Source: Sinorhizobium meliloti | Lineage (GTDB): Bacteria; Pseudomonadota; Alphaproteobacteria; Rhizobiales; Rhizobiaceae | Length of the DNA: 32,000 nt | Direction of reading: 5' to 3' | Assembly (NCBI RefSeq): GCF_017876815.1 | Contig: NZ_JAGIOS010000001.1 | Coordinates: 3,420,001 to 3,452,000 of the forward strand | Shown: positions 8,021 through 15,448 of the stretch, piece after piece | How the letters are laid out: each line of letters starts with the position of its first letter | Position numbering within the stretch: the first letter of the stretch is position 1 | The notes under the pieces: generated by a model | The model's input: the letters and a program-made list of their open reading frames with translations, nothing else | Database searches by the model: none | Told to the model about the DNA's origin: nothing | Program-made: the position numbers and the translations under genes

Positions 8021-8076
8021 GCGCGCGCATGAGACCCCGCTCGGGCTACGCCCTCCCGGGGGTCTCATGCGCGCGC
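8021..8076. repeat. perfect 18-bp inverted repeat (hairpin, 20-nt loop)
   Basis: gcgcgcgcatgagacccc (8021-8038) pairs with ggggtctcatgcgcgcgc (8059-8076), 22 nt after the istB-fragment stop. Confidence 0.9.
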
Positions 8077-8267
8077 CACAGTGGCCGACTTTTGCTCCGC
8101 CCCGTGCCTGTTTTTACTCCGCCGTTGATATACGGCCGAATTGGGTGCGTGTTCCGGACGTGGCTAGCGTAGCGGACGGACAGCTGACCTGATCGGTCAG
8201 CGTTTGCCTGAGCACTCCCAGGTCGAGTGTCTTCTCACCCGATTGGAAGCCATGATAAACAAAGCCT

Positions 8268-8777
8268 ATGGGCATCAAGAACTATCTGATCGAAGGCGGT
8301 TCCGGCACTGGAAAGACGTCTGTCGCTACAGAACTGGAGCGGCGGGGCAACCATGTCATCCATGGTGATCGGGTCTTAGCTTATGTCGGTGACCCCGAGA
8401 CAGGCCAGGCACTCGCCGGACCACCCAAAGGCGCAGACCGCGTCGCTTGGCGATATGCGCACTGGATCTGGCCCGTTGACAAGGTCCGCGCTATTGCTGC
8501 CGACACCACCCACCCTGCCACATTCTTCTGTGGCGGCTCACGCAATTCCCAAAAATTTCTGCGCCTGTTCGACAAGGTATTCGTGCTCTACATCGACGTA
8601 GAGATGTTGAACCGAAGATTAGATGAACGGCCCCATGACTTTGGCTTTAAACGGGCCGAGCGGGCACTGGTACTCCGCTACCATCGTACTCGGGAGTATC
8701 TTCCTGCCGGCATCACCATCGAAACGGCAAATACCGTCGCACGTGTGGTCGATGATATCCTCGCTCACCTCACCTGA
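8268..8777 (+). CDS. P-loop NTPase / nucleoside(-tide) kinase-like protein
   Basis: 169 aa. The Walker A motif GGSGTGKTS lies in the N-terminal segment (MGIKNYLIEGGSGTGKTSVATELERRG). Size and layout are typical of small kinase-fold ATPases. No further family assignment is possible by eye. Confidence 0.65.
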   Translation: MGIKNYLIEGGSGTGKTSVATELERRGNHVIHGDRVLAYVGDPETGQALAGPPKGADRVAWRYAHWIWPVDKVRAIAADTTHPATFFCGGSRNSQKFLRLFDKVFVLYIDVEMLNRRLDERPHDFGFKRAERALVLRYHRTREYLPAGITIETANTVARVVDDILAHLT

Positions 8778-9203
8778 AGCCTGAGCGATTGGTGAACGGA
8801 AGGAAGCACCAGGTTATGGCGGGAAAAATCGAAGCCGCTTGGACCGGTCACTATGCATCGTCACTTCATAGCCGACCGGCAGCTTTCAGCGAACGTCTTG
8901 AGGGTGCGAAGCGGTCATTTAACTCAAGCTTCTCGTCCATTCAAAAGTGGTGTGTGTCGCACATAGCGCATCGACGAGTTCGCTACTCGGCCTTGAAAGG
9001 CGAGTTGAAGACGAAAGCCACTAAGCTCGGATGGCGCCCATCCCCCGTATGCGCGCCTAGAATGAGAACAAATCGGAACATACTGCACGGATTGTGCACG
9101 TGAAACCCGTGCATTTCGCTCTTTGTTCCGCGCAATTGCGCGCTTTCGAGCAGCATAGGCCACTGAGTTTCCACGGCTAAATCACTGTCTTCGCGGAGAA
9201 AAC

Positions 9204-9248
9204 TGGTGCCGCTAGAGAGATTTGAACTCTCGGCCTCTCCCTTACCTA
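9204..9248 (-). pseudogene. orphan tRNA 3' half (Thr-GGT-like): anticodon loop to CCA
   Basis: Minus strand: taggtaa-gggag-aggcc-gagag-ttcaaat-ctctc-tagcggc-a-cca. T arm, acceptor 3' strand and CCA are present. No D arm or matching 5' acceptor strand upstream. Confidence 0.65.
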
Positions 9249-9382
9249 GGGTGAGATCGGGGTTCCGCAGTTGCGCGTTACTATGCTGACGCCGTGTCTA
9301 ACTCGAGCCGTGCCGCAGGCGTGAGACAAGCGCGACGGAAAAGGTAATGAACCGACTGGTGGCCGCGATGTCCCACAAATTT

Positions 9383-9447
9383 GCAAGTGTTTGATCTGGC
9401 ATGCTTACGTCGCGCCGGCATGGGGCACCATTCCCGGCGCACTTGCG
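9383..9447. repeat. copy A of a ~65-nt imperfect direct repeat
   Basis: gcaag-tgtttga-(20 nt)-ccggcatggggcaccatt-...-cacttgcg. Same block order and identical 32-nt spacing as copy B at 12455. Confidence 0.7.
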
Positions 9448-9457
9448 CTTTCAGGCA

Positions 9458-10138
9458 TCAAACAGGATGCCTCTTTCGCTCGAAGGGGCTGAACCCCGTC
9501 TCCTTCCAGCGCGCGACCGTCTCGCGGAAAACGGCATAGGAGCCTTCGGCCGAGAACTGAAGGTCAGGAACGTACTGGTCTCCGGCGCGCATCACGTCCC
9601 ACATGTACCAAGTCATCGCCGAGTCCGCCGCCACCCTGGCGCGCTCCCTGGCAGCATCGTAACCACCTTCGGTGGACTGCATGAAGAAAGAGGTCTGGTA
9701 GAGGATGCTGAAGGCTGCGCCGGTAGGGATGAAGCGCATCAGCGACAATTCCATGTCCACTCTTGCCTGCGGCGAGGCCCGGTAATCATCGACAGTGCCC
9801 AAGAGCTTAAGAGGGGCAGCGCTGACTTCGACCCATCCGAGCCGCAGCCTATTGTAATAAACGATCCACCGGCGGCCGTGGTTGGGGCTGTCAAGATAGG
9901 AGGCCCTCCGCATCGTGTCGCTGGTTTCCTCGAAACTCCACTCATCCTCTGTGCTCCAGTCCAGTGTCGCGCCGAGCCAAGCGAATTCGTGGAAAGCAAA
10001 TTGGTCGACAGTATCGACCGTGCCCCAACTGCTCTGTGGGACAAGGGGCACGTCGTGCTGTGGTTCACGCCTCTGCCCCTCGTCGATTTCGGCTATAGTC
10101 TTCGCGTACTCGTCGTGAAGCGTTTTCCGGCTGAACAT
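9458..10138 (-). CDS. hypothetical protein (226 aa), no recognisable family
   Basis: Balanced composition (W/Y/D/E-rich), high third-position GC, GGAGGGG just upstream of the ATG. The overlapping + strand ORF 9401-10276 is Arg/Pro/Ala-rich shadow. Confidence 0.6.
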   Translation of the reverse strand: MFSRKTLHDEYAKTIAEIDEGQRREPQHDVPLVPQSSWGTVDTVDQFAFHEFAWLGATLDWSTEDEWSFEETSDTMRRASYLDSPNHGRRWIVYYNRLRLGWVEVSAAPLKLLGTVDDYRASPQARVDMELSLMRFIPTGAAFSILYQTSFFMQSTEGGYDAARERARVAADSAMTWYMWDVMRAGDQYVPDLQFSAEGSYAVFRETVARWKETGFSPFERKRHPV

Positions 10139-10414
10139 GTCCCCTCCATTTGTTGCCGGAGACTAGCTTTTCGGGCGTGGGATGCCAAGGTTCCCTGTCC
10201 AGCCCTGACTGAGGCGAAACGCCGATCCCCACGGACGATTATGCTGCAGGCGCCGGCATGCGCGCCACACGGCTGAGAATACGGCGAATCATGCGCCAAC
10301 CGTGCGCCAACGAATCCCCGCTAACGATCGGAAAACGCGGAAATTCTGGTAAATCTGGTAAACCAATGGCGCGCGAAATATCGCGCGGAGATCAAGCTAA
10401 GCTGTTGAAACGAC

Positions 10415-10459
10415 TGGTGATCCCGGCGCGATTCGAACGCGCGACCCCCAGATTAGGAA
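10415..10459 (-). pseudogene. orphan tRNA-Arg(CCT) 3' half: anticodon loop to CCA
   Basis: Minus strand: ttcctaa-tctgg-gggtc-gcgcg-ttcgaat-cgcgc-cgggatc-a-cca. Sequence 5' of the loop cannot pair with the anticodon stem, and there is no D arm. Confidence 0.75.
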
Positions 10460-10467
10460 TGTTGTCG

Positions 10468-10755
10468 TCAAAGCCAAAAGACCATATTCTGTGGGTTGTA
10501 TTCGGCAAACATTCGAAGCCCGGGATCGTCACGGCGAACCGCGCGCAACGCATCGAGCAAGTCCGGATGGAGCGTCATCGTTGCAGGATTGGCGTCTGGC
10601 GCTGGCCGGTAGAGGATCGATGGCAGAATTTGCGTTTCGAACAGGGTCAGGACGCCGAGCTTGAAGGCGGTCTTGCGAAGGCAACCATAATCGAGATTGT
10701 AGCCGTCGATGCAGACTCTTGTTCGTAACGCAGGCACTCCTTGCTCCCAAGACAT
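10468..10755 (-). pseudogene. N-terminal fragment of a NYN/PIN-like RNase domain protein
   Basis: RTRVCIDGYNLDYGCLRKT.. matches the usual NYN N-terminus (V.IDGFNLYYG). Only 95 codons. The ORF ends 9 nt from the tRNA-Arg half, and a terminator hairpin abuts its start. Confidence 0.5.
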
Positions 10756-10782
10756 AAAAAAACCGGCTTGCGCCGGATTTTT
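10755..10782. terminator. bidirectional intrinsic terminator
   Basis: aaaaaaaa-ccggc-ttgc-gccgg-attttt: GC stem 10763-10776 flanked by an A-run and a T-run. Confidence 0.6.
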
Positions 10783-10919
10783 CCCCCAACCGCCCGGAGC
10801 ACATGTCTCTCAAGGATGCTGGGTTAGTTGTTAGCTCTCAACATAGTGTTGGGTGGCCCTTAGTTAACGGACATTGACCGCCACCCACGTGTTGACCGGC
10901 GATTTTGCCGTGAATTCAC

Positions 10920-11162
10920 CTAAATAGGCCTGCCTCGGGAAATCTGCAACGGAATGACACTGTCCTCCACGGGCACTGTCCGCCAGCGGACCCGAGAAGA
11001 CCCCCCACCTTCCGCACCACGCCACTTGACAGTCCCGCCCGCCGCCGTGGGTGCGGGCTGTCGCCCGCCCCCCTCTGTCCGGGGAGTCTTCGCCCGAAAG
11101 GGCTTTCCCTTCGGGAAGCACACACCCAGGAGACAGACCATGACCGAACTCGCAAACTTCAT
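10920..11162 (-). CDS. 80-codon ORF translationally coupled (ATGA) to the upstream secreted-protein gene; coding status uncertain
   Basis: Its ATG overlaps the TGA of the 11159-11764 gene. Hydrophobic N-terminus MKFASSVMVCLLGVCF, then a Gly/Arg/Pro-rich low-complexity tail, which weakens the call. Confidence 0.3.
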   Translation of the reverse strand: MKFASSVMVCLLGVCFPKGKPFRAKTPRTEGGGRQPAPTAAGGTVKWRGAEGGGSSRVRWRTVPVEDSVIPLQISRGRPI

Positions 11163-11764
11163 TCGCTGGCGAAACCACGTTCGTCCACAGGTGCAATCTT
11201 TCTTCTGTCAAATAAAATCACCTCGTACGAGCTTCCATATTCCGTCTTCACTCCATCCAAGCCGTATGTCTGCGCCAAGGGAGCCCATGCGCCTAGTTCG
11301 TCAGGGAACACTTGAGCACCTTGCTCGTCCATGACCGCTAATTTGAGGGGCTCTTGCGCCTCGATAACAAAGTACTTTCCAGAACTACCTGCATAGCCGC
11401 GTGCCGCGTTTACATCGTTTTCTGAGGTCATCCAAATGGCTTCACCCGTGTGCCCGGTTTGCCCCGAACCGCCCCACACCCCATCCCTATTAGCGTGGAT
11501 GAACTTTGTTCCCGCCGAAAGTTCTTCCATCTTCTTCGTCTCCCAACCAACTGAGATTGCAAGTTCTTCCATCTCCTGGCTTTCCCAACCAACTGAGGCT
11601 GCCATCTGTATGTGGTGACCGGTTTGCCCCTTGTCCTCAGCGGACACCTGACTACTCGGTACGAGGACGGTCGCAGCAAGGATCATCCCCTTCCAGAAAG
11701 ACGGGGGATGCACTCGATGAATCGGGATGGCCGGGGTGGCGGTCTCTTTCGGTGAGGATCTCAT
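11159..11764 (-). CDS. secreted protein with a duplicated 14-aa motif and an ART-like motif order; hypothetical
   Basis: Start taken at ATG 11764. Hydrophobic segment GMILAATVLVPSSQVSA|EDK. Repeats SVGWESQEMEEL / SVGWETKKMEEL. C-terminal domain contains KFIHANRDG, EAIWMTSENDVNAARGYAG, SSYEVILFD. Confidence 0.6.
   Translation of the reverse strand: MRSSPKETATPAIPIHRVHPPSFWKGMILAATVLVPSSQVSAEDKGQTGHHIQMAASVGWESQEMEELAISVGWETKKMEELSAGTKFIHANRDGVWGGSGQTGHTGEAIWMTSENDVNAARGYAGSSGKYFVIEAQEPLKLAVMDEQGAQVFPDELGAWAPLAQTYGLDGVKTEYGSSYEVILFDRRKIAPVDERGFASE
11521..11604. repeat. 2 x 42-bp tandem duplication inside the CDS
   Basis: gttcttccatcttcttcgtctcccaaccaactgagattgcaa / gttcttccatctcctggctttcccaaccaactgaggctgcca. 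Confidence 0.9.
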
Positions 11765-12454
11765 GTAAGGATTTCCGTGTGCTCGTTTGTGAATTGTCCG
11801 CCATGCATCCGTCTCGCGATCGTCAAGTCGAACGGAACTTGTATGCGGCCAGAACTGACAATAGCCTGAAAGCATTGCGCGAAGGTCAGCGACTTGCTGT
11901 ATGTTAGAACGTGCTTTCCTTGCTTCGAAAGGTGGGATCCGCGCCAGCTATTCATGGATGCCTACCGCAATTTGCTGCCTTGGGCAATGTTCGCCGCGCG
12001 GAGGAGAAGATGCTGCGATGGCTTGAAAAGGTTTCGACATCCGCTAACACCTTGCGGCCGCACGTGTGTGATGACGCAGGGAGCCCGTCCATGGGCGTGG
12101 TGAGATAAGAAAATGTTGGGGGATAACGGCATTACCTCCCCTCGAATCTGCCCTGCGATGGCCCCTATTCCAGACCGAAGTTCATTTCCATCCGTCGAAT
12201 GAGCCCCACCGTCAGGTAGCGGCGGAAACATTCGCCACCCATTCGGCGTGGTGTGAGTGAGTCAGACATAGACGGATTGTAGCAAAACGACACTCGACCC
12301 ACGTGGCTCACATGCCGGCAAGCTGTTGATATTTGGATCTCCCTTTGCTCCGGCATTGAGCGCCACCCAGCGGCACAGCCTGAAATTTTTTTGCTGGACA
12401 CTCTCGCGGAAAAACATAATGAAATTGCTGGACGAACAAGTATCCAGAAATTCA

Positions 12455-12515
12455 GCAAGCATTTGAATTTATTAAATTCAGGTGGCCCGGCATGGGGCAC
12501 CATTTTTCACTTGCG
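12455..12515. repeat. copy B of the ~65-nt imperfect direct repeat
   Basis: gcaag-catttga-(20 nt)-ccggcatggggcaccatt-tttcacttgcg. The 18-mer ccggcatggggcaccatt is identical to 9415-9432. Copy B can also fold as ggtggccc-ggcat-ggggcacc followed by a T-run. Confidence 0.7.
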
Positions 12516-12772
12516 GTGGACCGGCGAACGGACCTCGGGTGGTACGCCAAATATCGAGAACATTCACGAAACGCGGTTGGCTGCGGCGCGACAATCAACT
12601 TGGGAACAGCGTCAATCTGGATGGGAGCGTCGCCAGGGGCGTCACGGAGGGAGGGCGTAGCCCGACCGGAGGGACGTTCCTGGCGACGGCGCGAACCCAC
12701 ATAGGGGTTCACGCCGTCTGGTGATCGCGATGTGTCGGGTGCATTTCTTCTTCCGGCTCAAAGGAAGAATGA

Positions 12773-14281
12773 ATGCCCGGCAGACACATCACGGATCAAC
12801 AATCGAGGCTCTATATGCAAAATCGCCAGAAGCACAGTGTCCCTGTCGCGGCCGCAAAATCAGGTTTCAGCCCATCCACTGGTTATCGGATCGAAACAGA
12901 CCCCCGTCCGCCAAGCGAGAAGAAGGCCAAACACGAACGACGTCGGCCCGATCCATTGGAAGGGATATTCACCGAAGAGGTTGTTCCCATGCTGCAAAGC
13001 GCTCCCGGCTTGCGGCCTGTCGGTATTCTTCGTGAGCTTTGCAAGCGCCACCCCGAACTCGGTTCTGGTATTCGCCGCACACTTGAGCGCCGCATCCGCG
13101 CATGGCGCGCGAGCCATGGCGAAGATCAGGAGGTCATGTTCCGGCAGGTTCACGAGCCGGGACGCATGGGGCTGTCGGATTTTACCCACGCACCGGGCCT
13201 CAAGGTCACGATCACCGGCGTGATCTTCGAGTATCTGCTCTATCACTTCCGGCTGGCCTATAGCGGCTTCGAGCATGCCGAGATTGTCGAAGGCGGCGAG
13301 AGTTTTGCCGCGCTGACGAGTGGTTTGCAGAACGCCCTTTGGTCTGTCGGCGGCGCACCGCGCGATCACCGCACGGACAGCCTTTCGGCTGCATTCCGCA
13401 ATCTCAATGCCGATACCGCGCAGGACATGACAGATCGGTATGAAGCGCTTTGCGCCCATTATGGCATGAAGGCCAGCCGCAACAATCGCGGCGTCGCCCA
13501 CGAGAACGGCGCGGTCGAAGGATCCCATGGCGATCTGAAGCGGGAATTGGAGGATGCTCTTCTCCTGCGCGGAACGCGGGACTTTGCCGACGTCAGCAGT
13601 TTTGCCGCCTTCATCGATGAGGTCGTCGGTCAGCGCAATGCCCGTCGGGCCAGGGAGATCGCCATTGAGCGCGACAGCCTGCTGGCGCTACCGCGCAAGC
13701 GCCAGCCCGAAGGCGAAGATGAGATCGTTTATGTCACCAGCAGTGGAGGGTTTACCCTTCGCCGGGTCTTCTACACCGTTCCTTCACGGCTGATCGGACA
13801 TCGGCTGCGCGCACGGCTCTTCAAGGACCATATCGAACTGTTCCTCGGCGGCACGTCGCTGATGAAGCTGCCGCGCGTCAGAGGCCAGCTCGGTTCCAGC
13901 CAGCATGTCGTGAACTACCGTCACGTCATTCATTCCCTTCGCCAGAAGCCGGGGGCGCTGCCCAGACTCGGCTATCGCGATCAGCTCTTCCCAAGGGATG
14001 CCTACCGCAATCTCTACAATGTCGCCATGGAGGCGCTGCCGGAGCGCGATGCCTGCCGTCTGACAGTGGAACTGCTGAGCCTGGCCCATGAGCGCAATGT
14101 CGAGGCCGCGCTCGCTCACGCCATTCAGGGCGAGCTCGATGCGGGAACCTTGCCGACGCTTGACGGCATGCGCGCCCGCTTCGCGCCGAACCCGGCCTGT
14201 GTCCCGCAGGTCAGCGTCAATCTGGGCAAGCTGGTCGATTACGACAGGCTTATCAGCACCCGCGTGGAGGTCACGGCATGA
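12773..14281 (+). CDS. istA: IS21-family transposase IstA
   Basis: 502 aa. N-terminal HTH region (ITDQQSRLYMQNRQKHSVPVAAAKSGFSPSTGYR), DDE-type core, typical IstA length, and position directly before istB. Confidence 0.9.
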   Translation: MPGRHITDQQSRLYMQNRQKHSVPVAAAKSGFSPSTGYRIETDPRPPSEKKAKHERRRPDPLEGIFTEEVVPMLQSAPGLRPVGILRELCKRHPELGSGIRRTLERRIRAWRASHGEDQEVMFRQVHEPGRMGLSDFTHAPGLKVTITGVIFEYLLYHFRLAYSGFEHAEIVEGGESFAALTSGLQNALWSVGGAPRDHRTDSLSAAFRNLNADTAQDMTDRYEALCAHYGMKASRNNRGVAHENGAVEGSHGDLKRELEDALLLRGTRDFADVSSFAAFIDEVVGQRNARRAREIAIERDSLLALPRKRQPEGEDEIVYVTSSGGFTLRRVFYTVPSRLIGHRLRARLFKDHIELFLGGTSLMKLPRVRGQLGSSQHVVNYRHVIHSLRQKPGALPRLGYRDQLFPRDAYRNLYNVAMEALPERDACRLTVELLSLAHERNVEAALAHAIQGELDAGTLPTLDGMRARFAPNPACVPQVSVNLGKLVDYDRLISTRVEVTA

Positions 14282-15090
14282 GACCCAACGATCCTGTCGA
14301 TACCGCGCGCCTGTCCCTGATGCTGACCGATCTGCGGTTGCCGGGCATCTCCAGGGCCTGGCACACCTTCACCGAGCGGGCTGACACGGAAGGCTGGCCG
14401 GCTTCTCGGCTGCTGGCAGCGCTTGCTGAGTTCGAGGTCGCCGAACGTGAAACGCGACGGATGCAGCGCCACCTCACCGAAGCGCGTCTTCCTCCAGGCA
14501 AAACCCTCGACACTTTCGACTTCACGGCTGTGCCCATGGTCTCGAAGGCCCGGGTCATGGCATTGGTGGCGGGCGATGTCTGGTTGAAGAACGGCGCCAA
14601 TCTGATGCTGTTTGGCGGGCCAGGCGGCGGAAAATCGCATCTGGCGGCCGCCATCGGCGCCGGGCTGATCGAGAATGGCTGGCGGGTTTTGTTCACCCGG
14701 ACCACCGACCTTGTTCAGAAACTGCAAGCCGCCCGTCGCAATCTTGATCTCGAAGGGGCCATCGCAAAGCTCGACAAGTACCATCTGCTGGTGCTCGACG
14801 ACATGGCGTATGTGAGCAAGGATCAGGCTGAAACCAGTGTGCTCTTTGAGCTGATCAGTGCGCGATACGAGCGCCGTTCGCTTCTCATCACCGCAAATCA
14901 GCCCTTCGGTGAATGGGACAAGGTCTTTCCCGACAAAGCCATGACGTTGGCCGCCATCGACAGACTGGTTCATCACGCGACGATCTTCGAAATGAACGTC
15001 GAAAGCTACAGGCGCAAAACCGCAATATCCCGTTTGACGGAAAACAGCGACGGCGCAACGCCGACGCTGGCCTCAGCCCTGGCTGATTGA
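14278..15090 (+). CDS. istB: IS21-family helper ATPase IstB
   Basis: Walker A GGPGGGKSHLA, Walker B HLLVLDDMAY, LFELISARYERRSLLITANQPFGEW. Start overlaps the istA stop. Confidence 0.9.
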   Translation: MRPNDPVDTARLSLMLTDLRLPGISRAWHTFTERADTEGWPASRLLAALAEFEVAERETRRMQRHLTEARLPPGKTLDTFDFTAVPMVSKARVMALVAGDVWLKNGANLMLFGGPGGGKSHLAAAIGAGLIENGWRVLFTRTTDLVQKLQAARRNLDLEGAIAKLDKYHLLVLDDMAYVSKDQAETSVLFELISARYERRSLLITANQPFGEWDKVFPDKAMTLAAIDRLVHHATIFEMNVESYRRKTAISRLTENSDGATPTLASALAD

Positions 15091-15448
15091 CGCGCCGCGA
15101 CAAACAACCAACGCCTCTGATTGACGCCAAAGAAGGTCGGCCTCCCACTTCAAACGGAGGTCGGCCTTCTTTGGGGAGCATCGCAGTGGTCCGCGACAAA
15201 CACCCCCAATCCAGATTGACGCGCCGCGACAATCTAAAAGCCGACCGCGTGTCGCGCAGCGTCAATTAAAAAATTCCCCCCTTGCAACGAACCGATTCAC
15301 AGTCCATCTTCGCCAAATCGCGACCACCTATCTCGTCATCCTGATCGTCGCGCCTTCCCATCCAAATTGTCGCGCCATAGTTGGCTAACCTTTTTGTTAG
15401 CGTATTGGTTTTGAACGGTCTTTACAGTCCCTCCGGGGACCGCCATTT

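Larger units (their letters stand above)
7733..8160 (+). mobile_element. right-hand remnant of a second IS21-family element (boundaries approximate)
   Basis: The IstB fragment is followed by a structured end region with direct repeats (cttttgctccgcc / tttttactccgcc). No istA. The left end is truncated right after the S8 gene. Confidence 0.5.
12575..15390 (+). mobile_element. intact IS21-family insertion sequence (ends approximate)
   Basis: istA and istB overlap by ATGA. The left end ggttggctgcggcgcgacaatc...cagcgtcaatctgg is mirrored at the right by ccagattgacgcg (15213-) and attgtcgcgccatagttggctaacc (15366-15390). Multiple internal cgcgaca/tgtcgcg repeats occur at both ends. No clear target-site duplication was seen. 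Confidence 0.75.

Noticed and set aside
9401-10276. 291-aa + strand ORF
   Set aside because: Arg/Pro/Ala/Gly-rich and overlaps the better-behaved 226-aa minus-strand gene, which has an RBS and balanced composition.
10783-11158. GC-rich, hairpin-rich stretch considered as a structured ncRNA (tmRNA piece, RNase P, retron msr/msd, group II intron domain)
   Set aside because: No diagnostic motif was found: no tag reading frame with a tRNA-like end, no GGAGGAAAGUCC-type core, no adjacent RT gene, no domain V hairpin. It is better explained as the coupled small ORF plus a 3' UTR.
12860-14976. Minus-strand ORFs 12860-13528 and 14239-14976
   Set aside because: Antisense shadows of istA and istB.
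15085-15390. Cluster of short repeated motifs considered as a possible CRISPR-like or tandem array
   Set aside because: Repeats are irregularly spaced, in both orientations, and mirrored at the other IS21 end. They are terminal transposase-binding repeats, not a CRISPR array.
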